DNA of 64,000 nt from an uncultured Acidimicrobiaceae bacterium (GCA_963780525.1 CAWACN010000023.1:136-64135), one strand, 5' to 3'. Numbered from the stretch's first letter, positions 47,804 through 57,878 are shown. The notes: generated by a model from the letters alone, not told the origin. Program-made: numbers and translations.

Positions 47804-49372
47804 TCAGACCCTGCGCTCCGCTGTGGCCCAGTACTCGTCTCGCAACAGACGCTTGTAGAGCTTTCCGCCGTCCGTCCGGGGGAGGCGGTCCCGGAAGTCC
47901 ACGCTCCGCGGGCACTTGTCGCGCGCCAGGCGTTGTTGACAGAACCCGATCAGCTCCGCTGCCAGCTCCTCACTGGGCCGCACGCCGTCGACCGTCTCGA
48001 CCACGGCCTTGACTTGCTCGCCCCATTCGATGTCGGGGACGCCGATGACTGCGACATCGCCCACTGCGCTGTGCTCGGACAGCACGCCTTCCACTTCGGC
48101 GGGATAGATGTTGACCCCGCCGCTGATGATCATGTCCTTGGCCCTGTCGCGAATGAAGAGATAGCCGTCCTCGTCCATGACGCCGATGTCCCCGAGTGTG
48201 AAGGCCTTGCCTCTGCTCACCGACGCCGTGAGCTCGGGGTCGTCTTTGTAGGCGAAGGTCGCTCCCCGTTCGGACTCGAGATACACCTCACCAACCTCAC
48301 CCCGCGGCAGCTCGTTGCCGTCCTCGCCCAGGATCCTGACTTTCATGCCGGCGACCGACCGTCCGACCGTGCCCGGCTTCTCCAACCAGCGGTACGGCTT
48401 GGCGATGGTGGCGGCGCCCTCCATGCCTCCGTACGTCTCCCAGATGACGGGCCCCCACCACTCCATCATCTGCTTCTTGACCTCGAGCGGACACGGCGCG
48501 GCGGAGTGGACGACGACCTCCAGGCTCGACACGTCGTAGCGGTCCTTCACGGATTGGGGCAGCCGAAGAAGCCGGACGAACTGGGTCGGCACCATGTAGG
48601 CGGTGGTGACCCCGTGCCGGTCGATGGCGTCGAGCGTCGCCTCGGGATCGAACTTCCCGAGGATCGCCACTGACTGTCCAACGTTGAGAGCACCGAGATA
48701 GAAGCCCTGACAGCCGCCGTGGTGCATGCCCGCAGAGACGAGGTGCGTGCCCGTCAAGGGCTGGAACTGAAAGGCGTGACCGAACGTCTTGGCGTGGTCG
48801 GCGGCCACCGACGGATCGATCGTGTGCGAGCGCGGCCGGATCACCGCTTTGGGCTGGCCGGTCGTGCCCGACGAGTAGTTGATGGGGAGGCCCAGCTCCC
48901 GGTCGGCCGGCTCTGTGGTGGGCTGACCCTTCACCAGCTCTTCTTCGTTCGTGAAGCCGCGGATGTCGCCTCCCACCGCGACGCGCAGCGCGATCGATCC
49001 GGTCCCTGACATCTGGTCTGCCCGGTCCTCGTAGTCGTGGTGCAGAACCAAGGCCGCCGCTTCGGAGTGGTCCACAATCTGACGGACCTCGGCTGCCGAA
49101 AGCGCCGGATTCAAGGCGATGGAGGCAAACCCACCCTCCTGGGCCGCCAGCTGCCAACAGAGCATGTCGACATCATTGGGCAGCGCGTAGGCGAAGACGT
49201 CGCCGGCGCCAAGGCCCCGTGCGCGCAGACCGTGGACGAGTTGGTGAGCCCGTGCCGCCAGCTCCGAGAAGGTCAGGGTGAGGCGCGACGGGCACGCCAC
49301 GACCGCAGGCTGATCGGGATACTCCTCGGCGATGTACCAGAATCCCAACCGCCGATCCCAAGCGTGTTGCAT
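47804..49372 (-). CDS. acyl-CoA synthetase / AMP-dependent ligase
   Basis: It shows INYSSGTTGQPKAV and LPRTDGGKLYKR. The ATG at 49372 (MQHAWDRRLGFWYIAEEYPDQPAVV) is chosen; the rest of the 835-aa track ORF is shadow. Confidence 0.9.
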   Translation of the reverse strand: MQHAWDRRLGFWYIAEEYPDQPAVVACPSRLTLTFSELAARAHQLVHGLRARGLGAGDVFAYALPNDVDMLCWQLAAQEGGFASIALNPALSAAEVRQIVDHSEAAALVLHHDYEDRADQMSGTGSIALRVAVGGDIRGFTNEEELVKGQPTTEPADRELGLPINYSSGTTGQPKAVIRPRSHTIDPSVAADHAKTFGHAFQFQPLTGTHLVSAGMHHGGCQGFYLGALNVGQSVAILGKFDPEATLDAIDRHGVTTAYMVPTQFVRLLRLPQSVKDRYDVSSLEVVVHSAAPCPLEVKKQMMEWWGPVIWETYGGMEGAATIAKPYRWLEKPGTVGRSVAGMKVRILGEDGNELPRGEVGEVYLESERGATFAYKDDPELTASVSRGKAFTLGDIGVMDEDGYLFIRDRAKDMIISGGVNIYPAEVEGVLSEHSAVGDVAVIGVPDIEWGEQVKAVVETVDGVRPSEELAAELIGFCQQRLARDKCPRSVDFRDRLPRTDGGKLYKRLLRDEYWATAERRV

Positions 49373-49377
49373 GGCGA

Positions 49378-49393
49378 ATAGAGTATACCAATA
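49378..49393. promoter_or_regulatory. box-like element ATAGAGTATACCAATA filling a 21-bp divergent gap
   Basis: The whole intergenic region between ATG 49372 (minus) and ATG 49394 (plus) is GGCGAATAGAGTATACCAATA. The minus strand reads TATACT 9 nt before its ATG. Confidence 0.4.
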
Positions 49394-49897
49394 ATGCCTT
49401 CCGATCGCCTGGCCAGCGACGATCCGACCCCGCCATCGCCGTCGAGTCCGCAACCGCACCGGGCGTCCCAGCAGGGTTGTTGGATCTTCGACGTCGACGG
49501 CTGCCTGATCGACTCCCTCACGGGCACCTCGCTGCGCCCCGGCGCTCGCGACATCCTCGAGCACCTTGCCGCCACCGGCCGGCGGGCGATCCTCTGGAGC
49601 GCCGGTGGCGACGCCTACGCCCGGGGCCGCGCCGAGCAGTTCGGGTTGGCGGGCCTGATCGACGGCTTCTTCGCCAAGGACGGTCGGGACGCCGACGGTT
49701 ACTACCTGACCACCCACCTCCCGCTGCCCCACCCCCAGGACAGGCCCACCGTGTTCGTCGACGACCGCCCCGAAGACCTGGACCCCACCCTCCCGGTGAT
49801 CGCCGTCTCGCCCTACCTGAGCGACGACCCGTTCGACCGGGGGCTGGACGGCGTTGCCGGACGAGCCGGGCTGGCCGGAACCCCCGACCGGAAATAG
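49394..49897 (+). CDS. HAD-superfamily hydrolase
   Basis: Motif I is WIFDVDGCLIDS and motif IV is VFVDDRPED. It has a Pro/Ser-rich 30-aa leader with no alternative canonical start in frame. Confidence 0.7.
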   Translation: MPSDRLASDDPTPPSPSSPQPHRASQQGCWIFDVDGCLIDSLTGTSLRPGARDILEHLAATGRRAILWSAGGDAYARGRAEQFGLAGLIDGFFAKDGRDADGYYLTTHLPLPHPQDRPTVFVDDRPEDLDPTLPVIAVSPYLSDDPFDRGLDGVAGRAGLAGTPDRK

Positions 49898-49946
49898 GGT
49901 GTACCCATCTCTCGACGGCAGAGAGCAGATCGGGGGCATCGAACAC

Positions 49947-51152
49947 ATGGCTGGCCCGTTGCAGGGAGTCCGCGTCGTGGAGGTGGCCAACTGGACCTTC
50001 GTGCCGGCGGCCGGCGCCGTGCTGGCCGACCTCGGGGCCGACGTCATCAAGGTGGAACCGCCAAACGGGGACCCGCAGCGGGCGCTGCTCAACATGCTCA
50101 ACCTGGGCGGAGGCGGTCCCAACCCTTTCATCGAGATCCCGAACCGGGGCAAGCGCAGCGTCACCTGCGACCTGAGCACCGAAGGCGGGCGCGAGGCCCT
50201 GGCTGCCATCGTCCGCACAGCGGACGTGTTCGTGACGTCGAACCTGGCGCCCATCCGCGCCAAGCTGCGGATCGACGTCGACGACATCCGGGCGATCAAC
50301 CCCGACATCATCTACGTGCGCGGCACCGGCTGGGGTCCCGAGGGCCCGATGGCCGACGTCGGTGGTTACGACATGGCCTGCGGGTGGGCCAGCAGCGGCA
50401 TGGCGTTCAAAATGACGCCGGGCGGCATCGAGCCACTCCCCCAACCCCCTGCCTTCTTCGATCTCCAAGGCGCCAACACGATCGCCGGCGCCATCGGCTT
50501 CGCGCTCTTCAAGCGCTCCAACACGGGCGAGACATCGGTCGTCGACGTGTCACTGCTCCATGTGGGCATGTGGGCGCTGTCGCCCGACATCACCGGCAGT
50601 CCGTACATGGGCGACATCGCGTCGTACGGCGATCGCACCCTCGCACCGAACCCGCTCGTCAACGGCTACGCCACCAAGGATGACCGCTGGATCTACTTCG
50701 TCTGCCTGCAGCCTGACCGCTTCTGGGACGAGTTCTGCACGCTCCTCGGTCGGCCGGATCTGATCACCGATGCCCGCTACGACAGCGCCGCCCACCGCTA
50801 CGAGAACCGTTCGGACCTCGTCCACGAGCTCGACGCGGTCTTCAGCACGCTGACGCTCGACGAGGTCAAGGAGAAGTTCACCGGCTTCAGTGGCGTATGG
50901 GCCCCGGTGCTGCGCCCGTCCGAGCTCCACACCCATCCCCAGGTCGATGCCAACGGCTTCCTGCCCTCGGTGACGGCACACGACGGCAGCGACTACCGCA
51001 TTGTGGCGGCGCCGGCCCACTTCTCGGGCCACACCACCGCGCCACCCGGGCCCGCCCCCGAGTTGGGTCAGCACACCGAAGAGGTCCTTCTCGAGGCAGG
51101 GCTCGACTGGGACGCCATCACGTCGCTGCGTGAAGGCGGAGGACTGGGCTAG
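49947..51152 (+). CDS. family III CoA-transferase (CaiB/BaiF)
   Basis: It contains MAGPLQGVRVVEVANWTFVPAAGAVLADLGADVIKVEPPNGDP and GTGWGPEGPMADVGGYD. Confidence 0.9.
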   Translation: MAGPLQGVRVVEVANWTFVPAAGAVLADLGADVIKVEPPNGDPQRALLNMLNLGGGGPNPFIEIPNRGKRSVTCDLSTEGGREALAAIVRTADVFVTSNLAPIRAKLRIDVDDIRAINPDIIYVRGTGWGPEGPMADVGGYDMACGWASSGMAFKMTPGGIEPLPQPPAFFDLQGANTIAGAIGFALFKRSNTGETSVVDVSLLHVGMWALSPDITGSPYMGDIASYGDRTLAPNPLVNGYATKDDRWIYFVCLQPDRFWDEFCTLLGRPDLITDARYDSAAHRYENRSDLVHELDAVFSTLTLDEVKEKFTGFSGVWAPVLRPSELHTHPQVDANGFLPSVTAHDGSDYRIVAAPAHFSGHTTAPPGPAPELGQHTEEVLLEAGLDWDAITSLREGGGLG

Positions 51153-51158
51153 GCGCCT

Positions 51159-52100
51159 TCAGTCGGCAAGCTCGTCGACCAGGCCCCAGTCGAGCGCCCT
51201 CTCGGCGTCGATCGCCTGGCCGGAGAAGGCCAGCCAGGCCGTGCGCAAACGGCCGATCCGGTGCGTCAGGCTGACCGTCCCCCCTGCGCCGGGCACGAGG
51301 CCGAGGCCGATCTCGGGCAGCGCGATCTGGGTGTCCGGTGCGGCGACGACCCAGTCGGTGAAGGCGGCGAGCTCAATGCCCGAACCCATGCACGCGCCGT
51401 GCACATACGTCACGGTCGACTTCTCCAGCTCCGACAGCGTCCGCCCGACGCTGCGCTCCAACCGGATGACATGCGCCGTTGCCGGATCCGACCTGCTGCC
51501 GAACTCGTCGAGATCGCCGCCGGCGCAGAAGGCCGTCCCCTCCCCTCGCAGCTCCACCCGTGCCACGTCACTCGAAGCGGCAGCCAACGTGAGCGCCTCG
51601 TTCAGCTCGTCCCGCATCCTCGCGTCGAGAGCATTCAATCGTTCCGGACGGGTCAGCGTGATCCGGAAGACCTGGTCATCCCGCTCCACCTTCACTCGTT
51701 GTCCCGACCCGGTCACGACCTCGGCTCGGGCAGGGCGACTGGCCCGCCACGCCGCGAACTCCGGCCCGGACTGGAGGACCGAGTACGCCGCCGACTCGGC
51801 CACGAGACCCTCACCCACCGAGAGGCGGTCCTGTGCGCGCAGCAACAGCGCCAGTGTCGTCGCCGTGATGGGGTGCCCGGCGACGTTCGCCGCGATCCGG
51901 TCGAGCGCCTGGTCGCCCTCGTCGACCGCGACATCACACAGGTCGAGCCAGCGCTCGGCGACCGAACCGTGGGTCACGCCGACCACCACAAACGGCAGGC
52001 TCGCCCGGTTCTTCTGCGCTGTGTCACCGGGGTCCGCCAGGCCGTCGTGCAGATCGACCAGGACGGCGGCGGTTCGCTCGGGAGTGATCGCGCTGCGCAA
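51159..52100 (-). CDS. enoyl-CoA hydratase/isomerase family protein with ~125-aa N-terminal extension
   Basis: The crotonase core is VFRITLTRPERLNAL...AFCAGGDL...GACMGSGIELAAFTD. The TTG at 52100 is the first canonical start after an in-frame TAA. Confidence 0.8.
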   Translation of the reverse strand: MRSAITPERTAAVLVDLHDGLADPGDTAQKNRASLPFVVVGVTHGSVAERWLDLCDVAVDEGDQALDRIAANVAGHPITATTLALLLRAQDRLSVGEGLVAESAAYSVLQSGPEFAAWRASRPARAEVVTGSGQRVKVERDDQVFRITLTRPERLNALDARMRDELNEALTLAAASSDVARVELRGEGTAFCAGGDLDEFGSRSDPATAHVIRLERSVGRTLSELEKSTVTYVHGACMGSGIELAAFTDWVVAAPDTQIALPEIGLGLVPGAGGTVSLTHRIGRLRTAWLAFSGQAIDAERALDWGLVDELAD

Positions 52101-52161
52101 CTCAGCGAGCAGGGCTTCGGCGCTCAGAGGTTCGAGGATCGCGAGACGTTACCCTGCCGTC

Positions 52162-53375
52162 GTGGACGACCTGCCGGTGGAGCGATGGGCCAACAGCGGC
52201 GCCATGGCCCTGACCGGGCTGCCCGACGAGCCGCTCGGACCCCCTGCCGGCCTGGTCGAAGGTGTTGAACGGTTAGGCCGGTCGTTTCCCGGGCTCGACA
52301 CGCTTGCCCTCTTGGGCGAGCGCGCCGCGCTCATGGGGCTGTGGCGGAGGGGCGGGACGAGCTGTGGCGGCAGTTGCCGCCTATTGCCCTGCGCCGACGG
52401 GTTCATGGCCGTTTCGCTTCCCCGCGACGAGGACATGGAGATGGTTCCCGCCTGGCTCGAGCTCGACACCGCGCCCTCCTCCGTGCCCGCCTCCTGGTCC
52501 GCCGTGGCCACCGCCCTGCGTCGAGCGCGATCCCGCGCGTCCTGCGCGAACGAGCCATGCTGCTCGGGCTCCCGGTCGCTCGCGTCGGTGAAGCGGCCCC
52601 ACCCGATCGGACCGGCGGCACGCAACGCGCCGCCGTGATCCCGGCTCGGCTCGGAGAAGCCCCGCCGCGACCCGACATCGTCGGCGCTGTCGTCATCGAC
52701 CTGTCGGCACTGTGGGCCGGCCCCCTCTGCGGCGACCTTCTGGCCGGAGCCGGCGCCTCCGTCGTCAAGGTGGAGTCGACGCAACGACCCGACGGGGCCC
52801 GTCGCGGCGCCCGCGCTTTCTATGACCTCATGAACGGTCGAAAGCGGTCGGTCGCGCTCGACCTGCAGGCGCCGCAAGGAGTTCGCATCCTCCACGAGCT
52901 CGTCCGACGAGCGGATGTCGTCATCGAGGCGAGCCGTCCGCGCGCCCTGTCGCAGCTCGGCCTCGACGCCCGCGACACCGTCACCGACGGCGGTCCCCAG
53001 GTCTGGATCTCCATCACCGGCTACGGCCGCTCCGGCGAAGACGGCCACCGCATTGCGTTCGGCGACGACGCCGCCGCGGCCGGCGGCCTCGTGACCCGGA
53101 CCGCTGCAGGTCCACTCTTCTGCGCCGACGCCATCGCCGACCCGCTCACCGGTCTCACGGCGGCGGCGGCCTGCGTCCACAAGCTCCGCTCGGGTGGACG
53201 CTGGCTCCTCGACGTCTCCATGGCCGCCGTCAGTGCCGGGCTCAGCGGGCCCACCGTTCCGGTACCCACCGGACTCGCCGCCACCGAGCCGCAGGCGCGC
53301 CCCGTTGTCAAGCGGGCGCCGGAACTCGGCGCCGACACGGCCCACGTCTTGGCCGAGCTCGGCATCGAAGCCTGA
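52162..53375 (+). pseudogene. family III CoA-transferase-like protein with N-terminal extension, apparent -1 frameshift near 52516-52540
   Basis: The N-terminal part VDDLPVERWANSGAMALTGLPDEP...ASWSAVATAL is in the frame of ORF 51001..52638. The rest, RVLRERAMLLGLPVARVGE...VVIDLSALWAGPLCGDLLAGAGASVVKVES...ISITGYGRSG, is in ORF 52341..53375. The start is uncertain (GTG 52162, GTG 52177 or ATG 52204). Confidence 0.7.
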
Positions 53376-53382
53376 GCCCGTG

Positions 53383-54903
53383 TCAGCTCCAGGCCAGGTT
53401 CTTCACCTCCGTGAAGTCCTCCAGCCCGTGACGGCCCCACTCACGGCCCAGCCCAGACTGCTTGAAGCCACCAAAGGCCCCGCTCTGCCCGATACCAGTG
53501 AACGTCGAACCCCACCCGGGGCCCTGCCCACCGCCCGGACCGACGTCGGCCAGCGGCTCGGTGCCGACCTTCTGCACCGTGACGAGGCCGGCGCGGATCT
53601 GACGGGCGACGTTGAAGGCCCGTGAGTCCGAGGTGGACACGACGCCGCCACCCAGGCCGTAGATGGAGTCGTTGGCCAACCGCACCGCGTCCTCGTCCGA
53701 GCCCGAGTACGGCACCACCGTGAGCACCGGCCCGAAGATCTCCTCCTGGGCGATGCGCAGGTCATTGCCGCTCACGAAAACCGTCGGCTCGAAGTAGAAG
53801 CCCTTGTCCATCCCCTCGGGCCGCTTCCCCCCGCACAGCAGCTCGGCGCCCTGCTCCAGTCCCGAAGCCACGTAGCCCTCGACCCGTGCGCGCTGCTGCT
53901 CACGGATGAGCGGGCCCAATACGGTGCCCTCAGCACGAGGGTCACCGATTGTGATCATCGGCCGCATCGCCTCCAGGCCATCCTTGTAGGCGTCGAGCAG
54001 GTGTTCGGGCAACAGGATCCGCGTGTGGATCACGCAGCCCTGGCCGCAGTGCATCAGGACCTGCCCGAAGCCGATGGAGCGGGCGTAGTCCTCGCCCACG
54101 TCACCGAGCACCACCGTGGCGCTCTTGCCGCCGAGTTCGAGTTGGACCTTCTTCACCGTCGCGGCGGCGGACCCCATGATGCGGCGCCCGGTCGCCGTCG
54201 AACCCGTGAAGGTGACCATGTCGACCATTGGGTTCGACGTCAGCTCGTCGCCCACCTCGCCGTGCCCCGTGATCACGTTGAGCACGCCGGGCGGAATGCC
54301 CGCCTCCGCCGCCGCCTCCGCGATCATCATGGCGTCGAGTGGCGTCCACGGGTGCGGCTTGAGGACCACCGTGCAGCCGACGGCCAGGGCCGGGGCCACC
54401 TTGACGATGTTCAGCATGAAGGGAAAGTTGAACGGCGTGATGGCCGCCACCACGCCGATCGGCTCGCGCACAATGGCACTGCCGCCCAATCCCGTCGGGC
54501 CGCCGGTCGGCATGGCGTTCTCGACCCAGGGAAAAGAGTGCTCGACCAGTGCCGCGTTCGACCGCAGCATCCCGATCGAACCCGCCCCTTGGACGGCGTC
54601 GGTGAGGAACCCGGTCGATCCGGTCTCGGCGACGATCAGTTCGCGCAGATCCCCAGCCCGGCCCTCGAGGATCTCGGCCATCGCCACCAACCGGGCGGCG
54701 CGCTCCGCCGGCTTCATGTAGGGCCAGGGCCCTTCGTCGAAGGCCCGGCGCGCCGCTTCGACGGCCCGCAGCGCGGTCTTGGTCGAGGCTTCGGGGACGG
54801 ACCCGATCACCTCCTCGGTGGCGGGGTCCACCACCTCAATGGAGCCCGACGCCCCTTCCGACGTCCACGCCCCGTCGATGAACAGTTCGTAGTTCCAGTT
54901 CAT
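53383..54903 (-). CDS. aldehyde dehydrogenase (NAD(P)+)
   Basis: It shows MNWNYELFIDGAWT...VREPIGVVAAITPFNFP...LELGGKSATVV...HCGQGCVIHTR...EEIFGPVL. Confidence 0.92.
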   Translation of the reverse strand: MNWNYELFIDGAWTSEGASGSIEVVDPATEEVIGSVPEASTKTALRAVEAARRAFDEGPWPYMKPAERAARLVAMAEILEGRAGDLRELIVAETGSTGFLTDAVQGAGSIGMLRSNAALVEHSFPWVENAMPTGGPTGLGGSAIVREPIGVVAAITPFNFPFMLNIVKVAPALAVGCTVVLKPHPWTPLDAMMIAEAAAEAGIPPGVLNVITGHGEVGDELTSNPMVDMVTFTGSTATGRRIMGSAAATVKKVQLELGGKSATVVLGDVGEDYARSIGFGQVLMHCGQGCVIHTRILLPEHLLDAYKDGLEAMRPMITIGDPRAEGTVLGPLIREQQRARVEGYVASGLEQGAELLCGGKRPEGMDKGFYFEPTVFVSGNDLRIAQEEIFGPVLTVVPYSGSDEDAVRLANDSIYGLGGGVVSTSDSRAFNVARQIRAGLVTVQKVGTEPLADVGPGGGQGPGWGSTFTGIGQSGAFGGFKQSGLGREWGRHGLEDFTEVKNLAWS

Positions 54904-54944
54904 CCGATCCTCTCCATGTCCATGTCGCCCCCAACCCACTCCGC

Positions 54945-56131
54945 TCACACGTCCCAGCTCAACTCGAGCCGGTCGATCCCGTACAGACCACCACCGTGCT
55001 CGGTGACGTCGACCCCGGGCGTCAGCCAATAGGTCGGAATCACCCGGTGCCATTCCTCCAACGCCACTCGCAGCTCCCGCCGGGCAAGATGCGACCCGAG
55101 ACAACGATGCGGTCCCGCTCCGAACGCGACATGGTTGTTCGCGGCACGATCGAACCGCACCGTCGCTGCGTCGTCGCCGAACACGGCGGGGTCACGGGTC
55201 GCGCCGCACAAGGGAGTGAACACCATGTCGCCCTTCTTCAGCGGGCAGCCGTGGAAGTCGGCGTCCTGCATCACTTTGCGCGAAGGCGCCACGAAGGCGA
55301 ACTGACGCAGGAACTCTTCCACTGCCGCCGGCACGACCGACGCGTCGGATGCGAGCACCTGACGGTCATCCGGATGTGTCGCCAAATGCCAGAAGGCGTA
55401 GCTCAGTTGGATCGAGACGGTGTCGAGCCCGGCCATGAACATCAGAAGGCACCACGAGAGCAGGTCTTCGTGCGCAATGGGCTGCCCATCAATGCGCCAC
55501 GACAGCGAGGCCGACAACAGGTCGTCTGCCGGCGCCCGCCGTTTTTCCTCGAGCAACTCGGCGAAGTACCCCATGACGGCCAGCATCGCCTCGAGCGCAC
55601 CCGAGCGTTCCGGGTCGTCGCCCCCAGCCGGGTGGAGGATCGCATGCTCCCAGGCCAGGAACTGCTCCAACCCGTCGGCGGGCAAGCCCATCAACTCCAT
55701 GAAGATCGACGTCGGATAGCGCCATGCAAAGTCGCGCAGGAAGTCGCAATGACCGGTACTCCTGCGATCGCCCCGATCAATTCGACGCAACGCTCCCTGA
55801 CCTTGTCCTCCAACCGTTCCATGGCTCGGGGTGCGAAGTGCGGCGCCAGCAATTGCCGCCAGACGGTGTGCTCGGGCGGGTCGAGCATCTCGGGGATCCA
55901 CCTGTACGGAGGGTCGGGGTCGTGGACGGTCACCACCGTGCTGGAGAAGACGTCCGGATGCTGCAGCGCCTCCCGGATCAGCGCTGCGTCCGTGAAGACC
56001 CAGAAGCCGTTCCCATAGGTGCTGCGCACGAAGGGGTGCTCGGCCCGCAGGCCGTCGATCTCCTTGGCGTGCGACAGGACGGGCCCGGTGGTGGCCTCGT
56101 TGAAGGCGCAGACCGGGTACCCCTCGTCCAT
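54945..56131 (-). pseudogene. cytochrome P450, apparent -1 frameshift near 55757-55762
   Basis: The N-terminal part (ORF 55691..56158) MDEGYPVCAFNE...LDPPEHTVWRQLLAPHF...VELIGAIAG continues in ORF 54945..56444 as STGHCDFLRDFAWRYPTSIFMELMGLP...VEEFLRQ...FGAGPHRCLGSHLA. The ATG at 56131 is preceded by GGGAAGGGG. Confidence 0.8.
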
Positions 56132-56147
56132 TCCCACCCCTTCCCCT

Positions 56148-56163
56148 ATTGAGGACACTCTGT
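56148..56163. promoter_or_regulatory. degenerate box ATTGAGGACACTCTGT
   Basis: It matches the AAAGAGGATACTCTTT form at 12/16 positions. It lies in the divergent gap between the P450 (56131) and the aldehyde dehydrogenase (56284). Confidence 0.35.
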
Positions 56164-56283
56164 TGTGCCAGATATCGACCTTCGGGCGGAGCCGCGCCAG
56201 TCCGATCCGGCCGATCCCGGCGGGTGTGACGTCCGACCGCCCCGATTACGGTGACGTTGATCGACCTCACGATTGGAGACGCC

Positions 56284-57775
56284 ATGACCCTCGCCAACGA
56301 CATCAGTGCACCCCTGCGCCACGCGGACCGATTCTTCATCGGCGGGGAGTGGGTCACGCCCTCCTCAAAAGCCGTCATCGACGTCATCGATTCCGCCACC
56401 GAGGAACTCTTCTTCAGCGTCGCCGAGGCGCAGGAAGCCGACATGGCCCGCGCCGTCGGTGCGGCCCGTCAGGCCTTCGACCAGGGGCCCTGGCCGCGCC
56501 TGACCCACGCGCAGCGGGCTGAGTACCTGCGCGCCATCTCGACCGAGCTGCAGAAGAGGGCCGAGGACATCGGCCAGATCTGGCCGCGGGAGTCCGGCGT
56601 CCTCCACTTCATCGCAACGGCATCCGTCGCCGGGGCGGCGGGGACCTACGACTACTACGCCGGCCTGGCCGACACCTTCCCCTTCGAAGAGGAGGCCAAG
56701 CCGAGCATGGGCGGCCAGTTCGGGCTGCTTGGTGCGCGAGCCCGTCGGCGTCGTGGGCGCGATCATCCCGTGGAACGCCCCGCTCAGCCTCATCACCTAC
56801 AAAATCGCCCCCGCTCTGTTGGCCGGCTGCACCGTCATCCTCAAGGCCTCGCCCGAGGCACCCGGCGAGGCCTACGTGATGGCGGAGGTCGCGGAGGCGG
56901 TGGGGCTTCCGCCCGGCGTCCTCAACGTCGTGACGGCCGACCGGGAGGTGTCCGAGCTCCTGGTGCGCGACCCGCGCGTGGACAAAATCACCTTCACCGG
57001 GTCGACCGCCGCCGGACGGAGGATCGCGTCCATCTGTGGTGAGCGGATTGCCCGCTGCACCCTTGAGCTCGGGGGCAAGTCCGCCGCGGTCATCCTCGAC
57101 GACATGGACCTGGCTACGGCGGCCACCACGCTCGCCCGCGCCGAATGCTTCCTCTCCGGTCAGGTCTGCTCGTCACTGACGCGGATCGTCGTCACGCAGA
57201 ATCGTCACGACGAGCTCCTCGAGGCACTGGCGGGCACGTTCTCCCAGGTCCAGGTGGGCAATCCCTTCGACGCCGAGACGCAGATGGGGCCCTTGGTGGC
57301 GGAACGGCAGCGCGACCGGGTCGAGGGCTACATCGCCAAGGGACTCGCAGAAGGCGCCACCCTGGCCACGGGCGGTGGACGGCCGGCCCACCTCGACCGT
57401 GGCTGGTTCATTGAGCCGACCGTCTTCGGCAACGTCGCCAACACGTCGACGATCGCGCAGGAGGAGATCTTCGGGCCGGTGCTGAGCGTGATCCCGGCGA
57501 AGGACGAAGCGGACGCCATCGCCATCGCCAACGACACGATCTACGGGCTCAACGCGTCGGTGTTCACCAACGACGTCGAACGGGCCCGGGACGTGGCCCG
57601 CCAGCTCCGGTCCGGCACAGTCGGCCACAACGCATTCCGTACGGACTTCGGGATCTCGTTCGGCGGCTTCAAGCAATCTGGCATCGGGCGTGAGGGTGGG
57701 ACCGAGGGGTTGCTTCCCTTCCTTGAGACGAAGACCGTGATCCTGGAGGGCCGGCCAGCCCCGTACGGCGACTGA
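56284..57775 (+). pseudogene. aldehyde dehydrogenase, apparent +1 frameshift at 56728-56731
   Basis: MTLANDISAPLRHADRFFIGGEWV...PSMGGQFGLL is in the frame of ORF 56251..57042. It continues VREPVGVVGAIIPWNAP...LELGGKSAAVI...EEIFGPVL in ORF 56729..57775. The junction reads ctg CTTG gtg. Confidence 0.85.
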
Positions 57776-57878
57776 CCCGGGCGGCTGCCGGCTCCGGTTG
57801 GCGCACTGACACTCGCGTCAGGGAAGCTCCCCAGGTCGATCGCCGGCCTGCGGGCGGCACGCAAGGGGAGGATGCACG

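Noticed and set aside
49373-50311. Upstream extension making the acyl-CoA synthetase an 835-aa ORF.
   Set aside because: The extension runs antisense through the HAD and CoA-transferase genes and has shadow composition. The ligase homology starts at MQHAWDRRLGF (ATG 49372).
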